Positions 1-12,500 of a stretch of DNA of 64,000 nucleotides are shown here, piece by piece (positions within the stretch are counted from its first letter, which is position 1; each line of letters starts with the position of its first letter). Source of the DNA: a virus; the IMG/VR virus record IMGVR_UViG_3300006925_000010, positions 15,571 to 79,570 of that record. One strand, given 5' to 3'. Below the pieces are notes generated by a model, which was not told where the DNA came from, ran no database searches, and saw only the letters and a program-made list of their open reading frames with translations. A program made the translations under genes and the position numbers.

Positions 1-1
1 T

Positions 2-3000
2 TATCAAGCATACGACTTTGACACCATGCGTGGAGCAATGGTAGATTATGTTAAAACAAATTTCCCTGAAAATTTTAATGACTATATTGAAAGTTCAGAG
101 TTTATTGCTATCATAGAACTATTAGCATATCTATCGCAATCACTTGCATTTAGAATGGATATTAACACCAGGGAGAACTTTTTAGAAACAGCAGAAAGAA
201 AAGACTCAGTATTTAAACTAGCAAGAATGTTAGGATACAATCCTAAAAGAAATATTCCAGCAAGTGGTTTAATGAAAATAACTAGCATTAAAACCTCTGA
301 GCAACTTACAGACAGTTTAGGTAGAAATCTAAGTAGCAGAATAGTTTACTGGGACGATGCAAACAATCCAGACAGTTATGAACAGTTTATAACAATTTTA
401 AATTCTGCAATGAGCAGTACTAATAGATTTTCTTCACCAATTAAAGCCGGCGCAGTTAATGGCATACCAACCGACTTGTATCAAATAAATACACCTATCA
501 ACTCTCCGATAAGTTATAACAATTCAGTGAGCGTAGGCGGAGTTAACAAGCAAATTGGTATTGTCAATCCAGATTTTACAGACAACAGTCATTTCTTTGA
601 AAGACATCCTGATCCAACAAACTTATTTAATTTGATTTATAGGAATGACGGCAAAGGCAATAACAGTAAAAATACAGGTTTCTTTGTTATGTTTAGACAA
701 GGACAACTAGAGTCAGCAGATTTTAACTTTACATCACCTATTGAAAGTAGAGTGCAAGATATTCTTGTTAGTAATATAAATGAGACTGATGTATATTTAC
801 AAGAAGTAAACAGCAACGGACAAGTATTAAACAAGTGGGAAAAAATTCCTAACACAGTTGGTCAAACATTAAACTACAACAGCAAGAGTTTAGATACAAG
901 AAATTTATATTCAGTAGAGAATGTAGGAGACAGTAATGGTATTAGATTACGTTTTCCCGATGGTGAATTTGGAAACGTACCTGTAGGAATTTACAGAACA
1001 TGGTATAGAGCAAGTGACCCGTCAAGATATACAATTAGTCCAGAAGAAGCAAAAGGTTTAAACATATCAATACCTTACACAAATGCCGCAGGCAAGCAAC
1101 ACCGATTAACAATAACATATAGTTTACAGTACAAAGTAGGCAATAGTTCGCCGCCAGAAAGTTTAGCGGCAATCAAAGACAGAGCACCTAAGACATTCTA
1201 TACACAAAATAGAATGGTGTCAGCACAAGATTATAATGTGTTTCCAGAAACACAAAGTTCTAATGTTACAAAAATAAAAGCAATTAATAGAACACATTCT
1301 GGACACAGTCGCTATATAGACATTAACGACCCAACAGGTACATATCACAATATTGATACGTTTGCCGATGATGCATTTATATATTCTAACAACACAAACT
1401 ATACGCAAGAAATTATTGTTAACGATGCTACAACGGCTTTAGAAGTTGTTTCGAGTATTATACCTAACGCACTAAAAGATAGAAAAGTAAATAATTTTGT
1501 TTACTATAGAATGAGAAATGCATGGACTAATGCATCAACCGGTGGGTCTTATGCAAACTTTAGATTTCAAACACAAGATCAAGTTGTTTGGAATCCTCTT
1601 CCTTTAACAGACACCAGTAAGTCAGGATATATCAGTGAAGAATTTACTGATGGAAATAGGAATGTATTAATCAATACATTAACTGCAACAGCAATGTTTA
1701 AAGAAAACACATTCTTAAAATTTGTTGATCCATCAGACTCAATTGGTGGTTCTAAATGGGTAAGAATAGTAAACATAGAAAATGCAGGGCAATTGAGTGC
1801 TGGATTAAGTACCAGTATAGGACCAATAACACTAAGTGAAGATGTTAATGCTCTCTGGGAAGTTAAAGAAGTTATAGTATCTATGAGGAAATTATTTTTT
1901 CCTAGTGAGATATCTGGAAGTAATGGCATCGAAACAGCCATTAAGAACAGAGAAACATTTGGTATAGGGTATAACTTACTCAATGATACATGGTATAAAA
2001 TACCTGGCTCAGAGCTAACAACAGCCGCAAAAACAGGTTCATATAGTTTAGATTCTTTAAATGCAGGCCCAAACAGTTGGGTTATACTCATGGAGTATAG
2101 TGCTATTGATGTTAATAACTACAAGTATAAAATGACGATTCGTGGCAACGAATATGTTGTACAAAGTGAATCAGACCTTAAATTTTACAATGTTAAATCA
2201 GTTAAAACATTAGGAAGTGATAATAAAAGTAACAAAGATACCGTTATCATAACCAGCACAAATACAAAGCCAGGTACATCAGAAACATTTGAGTGGAGCG
2301 GCATAAAGTGGGTAAATTCAGAAGTAGGACTTGCTATAGAACCAATTGGTTTAGCAATCAACATTCCATTGAGGACTAGAGACACTAAGGCAGTAGACGT
2401 AGATACGCAATGGGTAAGTAACTTTGGGATAATGAAAACATCAGGAACAACAGTTGCTGATCAGGTTGCATACAATAGATATGTAGAAGAAGCAGTCATA
2501 ACATTAAACACTTTCCATCAAGCAGGTGGCATAACAGCAGAGACAAATGTTGTTATAGCAAACAACATGGGTACCATACAAAGTTTGCCTAGCAAAATTA
2601 CTATACCGTTTAACAGCACAACATTTGGTTCAAACTTTGTTGATACGTCTGAAGCAATACCGTACATTATATATAGACAAGTACCTAATGGGTTAAGTCT
2701 AGGTGCAGAGAAAATATTTAGAGCAAATGCACAAGTTGTTACTGCAAACGGAGTATCAGGAACAGGCGCAGGCTTAGACGATACAGTTAAATCTTGGGGC
2801 ACAGACGGAGCAAACCAAGATAGCTCACCAGACTTAGGAAGATTGTTTTTAAAATCATACGATACAGTAACAGGTGTAGGAAAATTAGAATACACAAGAG
2901 TACAAAATGGAGACTACCATTATTCCAGAGACGGTTCTGCAAACCCTCCTTACAGAGATAAACTAGTCATACATTACGAGAATAGTAATGAAAAATTAGA

Positions 3001-4138
3001 TAGGCCAATAGAATGGGAAGTAGTCGACAGTTTTAAAGAGACCGACGGATACACTGATAACAGAAAGATTGTTGTTGCTCCATTAGATACCGATAATGAT
3101 TTAGTACCAGATAGACCAATACAGTTCCTAGAATATGTAGATGCAACAGACTATGTGTTCTTTGAGTATTATACAGATTTTGATGGTTATAGATATGATA
3201 AGCCGTGTAGCGGAATCATATACGACTACCGTAGAGAAGAAAGTTTAGATATTGATGATACTAGAGATATAATCTCACCAACTTCTTACAGAAAAGAAAG
3301 CAAGTTGAGTACTGCTAAATGGATTGTTGTTAAAAATAAAACAGTAGCACTACAGTTTGAAAACTTAGTTAACAGTAAAGGATTAATTGTAACTACTGCT
3401 GACGATATGAAAACATATCAACTAACACCGCTGAGTACAGTATCAACACAAATTAAATTAAGTGAAACAACTGATTACTTTGTTAAAAACGGAAGAGGCA
3501 GAACACAAAATACTGCCGCACCGTTTGTAGCACCCGGCACTATACGTTGGAATCATGTCGCACCTAGTGACGTGAGAATTGATCCAAGTATTAGCAACAT
3601 TGTAGAAATGGTTGTGCTAACCACAAGTTATTACACAGAAGTAAGAGAATGGCAAGCAAGACCTATTAGTACTTTCCCACTAGAGCCAACAAGTGATCAA
3701 TTATCATCAGAGTTCTCAGGCCTTAACACATACAAAAGTGCTAGTGACAGCCTAGTGTATAGAAGTGCTAAGTTTAAATTACTATTTGGTTCAACTGCTG
3801 ACGAAACTTATCAAGCAAGATTTAAGATTGTTAAACTATCTGATCAAATTAGTGATAACGAATTGAAAGCACAAGTAATTAATGCTATTAATACATACTT
3901 CAATGTAGCAAATTGGGAATTTGGTGAGTCGTTTTACTTTACAGAATTAAGCTCGTACATACATCAAAGACTAGGTAGCAACATAGGAAGTATTGTTATA
4001 TTACCTAAAAATACTGCTGGTAAATTTGGAGAAATGTTCCAAGTAAAAGCAGAGCCTAACGAATTGTTTATTAGTACAGCAACAGTTAATGATATTGAAA
4101 TCGTAAGTAGATTAGACAACCAAACACTAGGATCATAA
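2..4138 (+). CDS. Baseplate wedge subunit, T4 gp6-like, enlarged; 5' end lies upstream of the window
   Basis: Frame is open from nt 2 (YQAYDFDT-MRGAMVDY). gp6/baseplate-J-like motifs: IELLAY...ENFLETAERKDSVFKLARMLGYNPKR, LRFPDGEFG, IKDRAP..FYTQNRMVSAQDY, and C-terminal INTYFNVANWEFGESFYFTEL. Confidence 0.85.
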   Translation, partial: YQAYDFDTMRGAMVDYVKTNFPENFNDYIESSEFIAIIELLAYLSQSLAFRMDINTRENFLETAERKDSVFKLARMLGYNPKRNIPASGLMKITSIKTSEQLTDSLGRNLSSRIVYWDDANNPDSYEQFITILNSAMSSTNRFSSPIKAGAVNGIPTDLYQINTPINSPISYNNSVSVGGVNKQIGIVNPDFTDNSHFFERHPDPTNLFNLIYRNDGKGNNSKNTGFFVMFRQGQLESADFNFTSPIESRVQDILVSNINETDVYLQEVNSNGQVLNKWEKIPNTVGQTLNYNSKSLDTRNLYSVENVGDSNGIRLRFPDGEFGNVPVGIYRTWYRASDPSRYTISPEEAKGLNISIPYTNAAGKQHRLTITYSLQYKVGNSSPPESLAAIKDRAPKTFYTQNRMVSAQDYNVFPETQSSNVTKIKAINRTHSGHSRYIDINDPTGTYHNIDTFADDAFIYSNNTNYTQEIIVNDATTALEVVSSIIPNALKDRKVNNFVYYRMRNAWTNASTGGSYANFRFQTQDQVVWNPLPLTDTSKSGYISEEFTDGNRNVLINTLTATAMFKENTFLKFVDPSDSIGGSKWVRIVNIENAGQLSAGLSTSIGPITLSEDVNALWEVKEVIVSMRKLFFPSEISGSNGIETAIKNRETFGIGYNLLNDTWYKIPGSELTTAAKTGSYSLDSLNAGPNSWVILMEYSAIDVNNYKYKMTIRGNEYVVQSESDLKFYNVKSVKTLGSDNKSNKDTVIITSTNTKPGTSETFEWSGIKWVNSEVGLAIEPIGLAINIPLRTRDTKAVDVDTQWVSNFGIMKTSGTTVADQVAYNRYVEEAVITLNTFHQAGGITAETNVVIANNMGTIQSLPSKITIPFNSTTFGSNFVDTSEAIPYIIYRQVPNGLSLGAEKIFRANAQVVTANGVSGTGAGLDDTVKSWGTDGANQDSSPDLGRLFLKSYDTVTGVGKLEYTRVQNGDYHYSRDGSANPPYRDKLVIHYENSNEKLDRPIEWEVVDSFKETDGYTDNRKIVVAPLDTDNDLVPDRPIQFLEYVDATDYVFFEYYTDFDGYRYDKPCSGIIYDYRREESLDIDDTRDIISPTSYRKESKLSTAKWIVVKNKTVALQFENLVNSKGLIVTTADDMKTYQLTPLSTVSTQIKLSETTDYFVKNGRGRTQNTAAPFVAPGTIRWNHVAPSDVRIDPSISNIVEMVVLTTSYYTEVREWQARPISTFPLEPTSDQLSSEFSGLNTYKSASDSLVYRSAKFKLLFGSTADETYQARFKIVKLSDQISDNELKAQVINAINTYFNVANWEFGESFYFTELSSYIHQRLGSNIGSIVILPKNTAGKFGEMFQVKAEPNELFISTATVNDIEIVSRLDNQTLGS

Positions 4139-4141
4139 TAA

Positions 4142-6589
4142 ATGTCTGAGAAGAAAGTTTATCAAAAGTTACCCGCGGTACTTCAAACTACTGCTATTAA
4201 AAACTTTTTTGAAAGTACAGTTGAGCAGTTATTCAGCAAGTCAAATGTAGAACCAATACAAGGATACATTGGATCACCGAGTAGTGATGATGTTAATGTG
4301 TCTGGAAAATTTCTTGCAGAACCTACAACAACTAAAAGGTTTTATGGGCTAACTCCAGCAGTTAATACTATTAACACCACAACAGGAACAAGCGAAAACT
4401 TGTTCTTCTATGACGAACTAGTTGAGACTCTTGAGACATATGGTGTTAACACAAAAAATCATAATAAAATTTTCTCAGAAAAATTTGCATCATTTATACC
4501 GCCGATAAACATAGATAAGTTTACAAACTACCAAGAATACTATTGGTATCATTATGGACCTACAGCAATATCTGTAGTAGGAACAGTTACAGATTATATA
4601 GATATTGATAAGGATATTATTGGTAGCACAACATTTCAGCCTGCAGGAGGAAAAGCATTCCGTAACGGTATGATTGTTAAATTCTCAGGCGATTACGTCA
4701 TTCCAAGTTCTAAACATAATATAGAATATGTTGTACAAGGTGTAGGCGAAAGTATTAACTTAGCAAAAAAAGAAATAAATTTAAGTGCAAGATATACATC
4801 AACAATGTACTCAGGTACAAGTATTGATCTAGAATACAAAGTAGCAGGATCAATATACGATACTGTTACATATACTGCCGCACAAACAGGTGACGCAATT
4901 ACATCAGACGTAGGTGAGCCTGAATCGTATATCAAAGGTTGTAATGCACCTGGACTGAAAGCAGAAATAAAAACAGTCAATGTAGGCACACTAAGTAGGT
5001 ACAATGGAACAACTTCTATAAGCGACGGCACAACAACTATATCAGTTGATCATAGTTCAGCAGGACCAAGAAACATAGTAGAACTAGTTGAGCAGTTACA
5101 AGCACAATCAGGATACAGTAATTTAAAGTTTACAATTAGTGTAGCCGATAGAGCACCAGTAGATTATGTTGTACAAGAAAAAAATGCTGTCAACAACAAC
5201 ACCTGGAGTAGAATTAACTTTTGGTATCATAAAAATAACTTTTTAGATGCAGGTGATTCTCTTCCTAGCAGATCGTTTCGTGCAAGTAGACCTATAATAG
5301 AATTCGAACGAGAGTTAGAACTTTACAATCACGGCACACAAAAAGCCATTGCTGATGTTGATGCGGTTGCATACAACTTTACATATAAAGATTTAGATGG
5401 TAGTCCTTCAACTACTCTTGTCGACGGCTTAAACAAATTAAACTACGGCAACATTATTTTTAATAATGAAGTTACTGATATTGCAAAATATGTTTACAAG
5501 TTAACAAAAGTAGTAGGTGACCCTACTGTTAATGTTACATCAAGTGCAGGTGATGGCGCACAATTTCAAATAGTACTTTCTGGTAAAGGCAGAGACAGTA
5601 AGATTAGTGCTGTAACTATTGATACTGGTGGCACAGGATATCAACAAGGTGATACTATAACAATTGGCACATCAGAAAACAATCCATACGGCACAGGTGC
5701 TGTATTAACTGCTACAGTGACGTCCGGAGCAATAGTTGGGGTAACAGTAGTAGATGGTGGTACAGGGTACTACAAAGACGGACAGTACAGATTAGAACAA
5801 GTTGGCAACCCTGATACTAATCCTGTAGGATCGGTAGAAGGTAATGCATTGTTTATTCCATTACTAGCAGAAGTAAATCAAACAATTTCAGTTATTGGTG
5901 GCGAAACACAAATTGGTAAAGAATTTCGTTGGGACGGATTACAGTGGATCATGTGCCAAGAGAAGACTCTACCTAATCAGGCTCCTTTATTTAATTTATA
6001 TGATGGCTCAGGCACGTTATTGAATGATGAAGCAATATACCCAACATCAACATTTAAAGGCAACAAAATATTTGGGTACGCAACAGATGTGCCTACAACT
6101 AATGCTGTAAACATCAGCAAGAGTACAGTAAAAGATACAGAATTAGGAACAGAATTAGTGTATAAGCAATACAACGCACAAAGTGAAATACTTTTTGAGA
6201 ACTTTATAGAAACTGAAACATATAACTATACACCGTTTGGCAGTAACATTACAACAGGTGTAACATTAGGTGCATCAAATACAGGTGGCCCATATTCCAT
6301 AAATGGATACTATCCTTTGTATGCTAAAGAAACATTAGCACAGGCGGCGGGTGACGGTACAGTACATGAGCATGTATTCTTTGGCAAAACGTTTTTTATG
6401 CCAAATGGATTAGAACTAGGAACTACATCATTCCATGGAAATTACAACGGAACATTGAATTCTTCTGCAGAAGCAGTTGTCGAAACTCCAACAACCTCTA
6501 CTGTAAATACCAGGAATTCTACAACGATAAATACTAGTACAAGTACAACCGGGTCAAGTTCCGGTTCAGGTTATGGAGGCTCGTACTAA
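4142..6589 (+). CDS. Baseplate/structural protein (815 aa), probably the N-terminal part of a split giant baseplate protein
   Basis: Directly follows the gp6-like gene. N-terminal LPAVLQT..NFFESTVEQL and PPINIDKFTNYQEYYW motifs are typical of the large baseplate protein of such phages; also GGTGY beta-repeats and an S/T/G-rich tail. Confidence 0.7.
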   Translation: MSEKKVYQKLPAVLQTTAIKNFFESTVEQLFSKSNVEPIQGYIGSPSSDDVNVSGKFLAEPTTTKRFYGLTPAVNTINTTTGTSENLFFYDELVETLETYGVNTKNHNKIFSEKFASFIPPINIDKFTNYQEYYWYHYGPTAISVVGTVTDYIDIDKDIIGSTTFQPAGGKAFRNGMIVKFSGDYVIPSSKHNIEYVVQGVGESINLAKKEINLSARYTSTMYSGTSIDLEYKVAGSIYDTVTYTAAQTGDAITSDVGEPESYIKGCNAPGLKAEIKTVNVGTLSRYNGTTSISDGTTTISVDHSSAGPRNIVELVEQLQAQSGYSNLKFTISVADRAPVDYVVQEKNAVNNNTWSRINFWYHKNNFLDAGDSLPSRSFRASRPIIEFERELELYNHGTQKAIADVDAVAYNFTYKDLDGSPSTTLVDGLNKLNYGNIIFNNEVTDIAKYVYKLTKVVGDPTVNVTSSAGDGAQFQIVLSGKGRDSKISAVTIDTGGTGYQQGDTITIGTSENNPYGTGAVLTATVTSGAIVGVTVVDGGTGYYKDGQYRLEQVGNPDTNPVGSVEGNALFIPLLAEVNQTISVIGGETQIGKEFRWDGLQWIMCQEKTLPNQAPLFNLYDGSGTLLNDEAIYPTSTFKGNKIFGYATDVPTTNAVNISKSTVKDTELGTELVYKQYNAQSEILFENFIETETYNYTPFGSNITTGVTLGASNTGGPYSINGYYPLYAKETLAQAAGDGTVHEHVFFGKTFFMPNGLELGTTSFHGNYNGTLNSSAEAVVETPTTSTVNTRNSTTINTSTSTTGSSSGSGYGGSY

Positions 6590-9500
6590 TGGCGACAGTT
6601 AATTTTGTTGGCGCAACTAACACAGTTGGCCCGTTTGCGATTAATGGTTATTACCCACTTTATGCAACGGAGACAGCATCTAACACACATAATGGTGGTA
6701 ACGGTACCTCCCACATGCATGTGTTCTTTGGACAAAATTTTTACATGCCAAATGGTCTCACACTTGGATCAACTTTTTTCCACGGTGACTACGACGGTTC
6801 ACTAACAGCAGAATATAATCAGTCTGCTACAACAAATAGTGCGTCTAATATTCAAGGTTATCATTACTATAAATTAGACAAAACTGCACCTGAGTATCAC
6901 AATGCGTGGAGAATGATTGACTCGCCTACTAACCAACGAATCATAACATCATACTCGTTTACACAAATTGATATTGATGCAGGAATAAAGGAATTTTGGA
7001 TAGGTTGCTATCCAGATGTTGATACTACTAGAGCATGTGGTTATGATATTATAATTAAAATAAATGCAATAGAAGATACCAATTTTACTTACGGTGCTGT
7101 AAACAGAGAAGGGTTTGTACAATTCCCAACAACAAAAACATTTAAGGCTGGCGACTTTATAGAAATAAGTGCATCAGCAGAAAAAGGATTAGTAAATACA
7201 ACCGGCGTAAGAAAATATGAATTACCACTAAGTTGGGGTCATAACACACTAAACGCTGATATTACTAACATATCATCGCCAGAGTTTACAGGACATTTTA
7301 AAAAGCACATAGAAGGACAGTCTTCGTTTGCTGGCGAGAGTCTAGGTAGTAACAACTACCAAGATAGTAAAAAAGTCGTAGGTGTAGAAGACGACATAGT
7401 ACAAACAAACCAAGACACATTATTGGGTGCGTTCTTAGTCGATGATCAGCCTGCTAATTTAGTAGATGCAATAAGATTCAACGCAAACGAGTATACTAAA
7501 TTTAAAAATCGTTTAAGACATGAGATAGAAAAGTTTTATACTGAAAAGGCAACAACAGGTCTAACAAACAATTATATATTAGAGCAAGTACTTAGAAATG
7601 TAACAAGTTTTAGAATAGGCAATGATGTTTTTAATAAAACTTATATTTTACCGTTTGGTGATAACTACACAAAAGAAGATTTTATAGTAACACTTGATAC
7701 TACAGCCTACAACTTGTCTAACTACTTAGATCTAGATAAAATTGAAAATAGTCTGCTAGTTTATTTGAACGACAAATTATTAGTTATTGAAAAAGACTAT
7801 ATAATCTCTAGTTTTAATCCTATACAGATAACATTAGTAACACCGGCATCAGGCGGTGATTCATTGTGTACTAAACTATATAATGCAGAAAGAGATAGTG
7901 CCCAGTGCCCACCTACACCAAGTACAATGGGTATATTGCCTTTACATAGACCAGAAATAGTTACTGACAATAGTTTTAGTACTCCTATTTCAACACTTGT
8001 AGGACATGACGGTAGCAGACAAAAAGCATTTGGTGATTTCAGAGACGACATACTATTAGAATTTGAAACTAGAGTTTACAACTCAGCAAAAGCAGAATTT
8101 AGAACAGCAAACAGTTTACCGGCATACAGCAGTATTGATATACGTTGTGGTGCATTTAGAAACACAGGTTATAGTCATGGCGAGTTTTACGATCTTATTA
8201 GACATTATTTTGCCGCATGGACGGTCAACGAAAAACTAGATCCAATTGTAAATGAATTTTACGATGTTAACAACGACTGGACATGGAACTACAGTAATAC
8301 TGAATTGCCAGGACACTGGAGAGGCTTTTACGAATTTCATTACGATACAGTAAGACCAAATACGCATCCTTGGGAAATGTTAGGATTCACAGAGAAACCT
8401 TTATGGTTTGATGAAGAATATTACGTTTATGCAATAGACGACATTGATAGATTGATACCTAGCATAAACTATAGTTCTACAAATACAAAACTTTGGAATG
8501 ATCTAGAAGAAGGCATTATTAGGCAAGGACCAAGAAAAAATACAGCATCTTATAAAATCAGTAATCCGTATAGACGTATTGGTTTAAGTAAAGTATTACC
8601 AATTGACGCTGATGCAAAACTAATTAGTCCTTATAAAATTAAGTCTACCGATACAACAACAATTACTGTTTCTTGGACTCCTTCAGAAGGTAGTGCTGAT
8701 GACGTATTCCCATTTAGAAGTAATAGTTTTAGAAAACTTCAAGGCATTAATGTTACAGTAGCAGACAAATTATATGTTGAGAGTAACAACTTACCAACTG
8801 CTACAAAGAAAACAATAGAGCAAGTAACATCGTTTGAGATTCCAAGACTTACACAATTAACTAATCAAGCGGCTTGGTCAGCATCTCCGCAAATAAAAGC
8901 AAAAGCAATTGGTGTGTTAGTTAACGGTGATCCATTGATGAGTATTGACAGCAATACACAATGGGACACTGATAAAGACATTTTAGATGCAACGTGGATT
9001 TACAACAAAGCACAACAAAAAGATTTAACAAATCCTGTAATAACTCCAGAAGGCATAGCAACTCATTATACTATTGGCCCTGATGTTTTAGGTCTTACAG
9101 AATGGTCCACAACTACTGCATCACCTATTGTAGGTTGGGCATTTGACGGTTTACCAATTTATGGCCCTTATGGTTACAGTGATGCTTCAGATAATACTAG
9201 TAGCATTGTAAGAATAGAAAGCGGCTGGGAGTTAGATACTAGAACAAGAGGAACTGCTAACTCAGACGAAACAACGGGACCAGGCGGCAAGCCAACTGGA
9301 CAATTTATTAAAGACTTTAAGATAAGTTCTAATGCAGGGTCAGGCGGTTATACAGATAGTTATAACTTACGACTTGCAGTTACAGCCGATAGTGCAACAC
9401 CTATATATCACTATGTAGCAACAATAGATGCAAACGGTAAACCTGCTTTCCCTTATCACGTTGGTGGCGGAATTGTAGGCACAGACAGATGGGCAGGAAA

Positions 9501-12500
9501 GTTTAGAGCGGCATCAGTTGCAACAGGTACTATCAGTTCGATAGATGTTATCGATGCTGGCGGCTTGTATACATCAGCGCCGAGCATTACAATTACAGGT
9601 GATGGTTCTGGTGCAACAGCAACAGCAGTTATAACAGATAAAAAAATTACAAGTATCACAATTAATACCCCAGGTGCAGGCTATACTTATGCAACTGCAA
9701 CAGTAACAGGCAATGGTGTAAGAGGAAAGGTTAGAGTAAACGTATTAGGAAAAGATAATTCAACATTTGCCGGAACTAGGAACCAAGGCGAGAATCCTGC
9801 TATAGGCAGTATTAAGTCTACTACATATTCAACAAAAATTGGTGTTGACGGCATATGGAAACTAGGAGACGGTGCACCAGTTGAAAATGCATTTAAGTAC
9901 AGTTCAGCATTTGCCTTTGCACAAACAGAAGCATTATTACTTGCTAAGCCGGGTAGATTTGCTACAATATTCTCAGACCCAACACAACTAGAAAGACCTA
10001 CAGTAAACAATGCACAGTTATTAAGTAAGTCAACTAAAAAACGTTGGAAATTCCTTGATACTACAGATTTCAAAATACACGGTGACGTAGATGTAAATTC
10101 TGGTAAGATGATTACTAATATTGGCTACACACAGTTTATTAACAGTTGGTTAAAATTTCAAGGACTAGATACAGTTTTAAATTTTGTTAATCCTTTAAGA
10201 ACTCTTAATGTTAAACTTGCACACAGAATGAGTGGCTTTATAGACAAAGACACACTGACAGCAAGAACAGACCAATATAGTAATGACGGTAATGCAACCA
10301 GTTTAATTATTCCAAAAGAAAATATAACAACTACATTACATAGCAGTAACTATAAATCAAGAAACTTTTACTCCGGTGTTATTATAGAAAAAACAAAGAC
10401 TGGTTATAGGGTTAGAGGTTTTGATAAGAACAGAGGATACTTTGAAATATTACAACCTGTAAAAACAGGAAAGACTGTAGAAGTAGAAGTAGGCGGCGAA
10501 GCCGAAGCATTTACTGTTTGGAAGCCGGGTGTAACTTATAACACAGGCAATATTGTACAGTATAGAAATAACTTTTACATAGCACCACTTAGAATTACGT
10601 CAGGCAATATATTTGATACAAAGGTATGGCAAAAACTTGCTAAACTTCCTCAGGTTGGTTCTGCAAGAGCAGTACACTATGTTGACACAAATAATGTTGT
10701 TGAAAGAGTGCCGTACGAAATAGAATATACAACAGAACAAGAAGTATTTGATTTACTAATTGGTCTAGGCAAGTTCCAACAAAGCAAAGGATTTGAGTTT
10801 GGTGAGTACAGTAACGATATTGGCGAAGTTAGAGATTGGGCCTATAGTGCTAAACAATTCCTTTTCTGGACATCAGGTAAATGGGAAATAGGTAACACAT
10901 TAGAATTATCTCCTTTAGCAAGTAAAATAAAATTTGTTGCTCCAAGAGGATTTATTGCTAAGATTAACAGATCTGACAGAGAGCAATTCACAATACTAGA
11001 TCAAATAGGCGAGGGAATTGATCCTACTGATTGTACAATAGTTAGAGAGGATAACTTTATAGAAGTTACTCCGCCGGAGAACAAACAGATATACAGCCTA
11101 ATGCTTTATACAAAAGAAGTAGAACATGCATTAGTGTTCGATAGCACAACAGACTTTAGTGATGTTATCTATAATCAAACATTTAATCAAAGACATAGAC
11201 GTATTAGATTAAAAGGACAACGAACAGAAAATTGGAAAGGTAAATTCCTCAGTGAAGGGTTTATTATAGACGGTGACGAACTATTGCCTAACTTAGATAA
11301 CTTAGCAGAAAGTTTAGGACGTTATCATGAGTTTGGATTTATTCCAGTAGAGAAGCAAGTATACAACGCAAGTAGAGCCTTGTTTGGGTACACAGAAAGA
11401 GACTATCTAACAGAACTTGATATTCAAGACGATGAGCAATTTGATTTCTATAGAGGAATGATACAAGGAAAAGGTACTAGCGAAAGTTTAGGACGTATTG
11501 CTAGAAGTAGTGCAGTTATTTCAGGCAACGTTAACATCTTTGACGAGTGGGCACTTAGAGTAGGAGATTTTGGTGATACAGATAACAACCAGAGTATCGA
11601 ACTTAAATTAATTAAGTCTGATATAAAACAAGATCCACAACTTATAACATTAGATTTTCCAGAAGATGTAACAAACATAGTAAGCAGGATTGATATTATT
11701 GATCCTAACTATGCCTATAATTCTGTCCCTACAATAGAGATATCACAACCACCAGTAGGCGGTGTTCAAGCAACAGCAACAGCATTCCTTGATAGTGATA
11801 CTAACAAGTTACAAAAAATAACAGTAACTAATTCAGGTAGTGGGTACGGAGAGATACCTACTGCTAGAGTATTAGCAAGTGACATTTTAATTAGTTCAGG
11901 AACAAGCACAATACCTAAGGTTGTTGCAACTACAAGTAATTACTTTGACTTTACTCAAACAAGTGCAAGTATTATTATTGCTGATGGCATTTCTTCAAAT
12001 GCCGCTGTTACAGTAAATGTTACAAACGGTGGTAGTGCTATTACTACAGCAAACGTATTAGCGGCTGTTAACGATAACGTATCAATTAATGCAAACGTGC
12101 AACTTAATTTAATACCGTCTGAAGTAATAAGCGGTAGTACAACTGTAACAAAATATACAGCACAATTTGTAGGTAACGACTTTTATTTACAAAGTGGTGC
12201 AAACTTTGGTCATGCCACAAGTAATGTACATTATCAACCTACACAAAGATATGCAGTTTCAAGTGCAATGGCTGGCTCAACAAGTCAAACAACAATAGAT
12301 GATGTAGAAGTATCTATTAATGATACTGCTATTGCTAACTCATTATTTACTTACGATGCTGGAAGTGTAAACACATCAACTACAACAGTAACTTATCCTA
12401 GTTTAAACACAACGGCAACTAGAGCAGAAGGCGAAATACTATTTCCTGAGCAAAACAATAGTTTTACAATTACACTATCAACGCCAATTGATCTAAACAA

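Noticed and set aside
6580-6595. Sequencing frameshift or programmed frameshift fusing the 815 aa and 7162 aa ORFs
   Set aside because: The downstream ORF has its own GGAGG RBS and TAATG coupling, the upstream ORF ends in a natural low-complexity tail, and no slippery heptamer is evident.
6269-6804. Diversity-generating retroelement TR/VR pair or assembly duplication
   Set aside because: Differences between the copies are not adenine-specific, include an indel and many synonymous changes, both copies are coding, and no reverse transcriptase is in the window.
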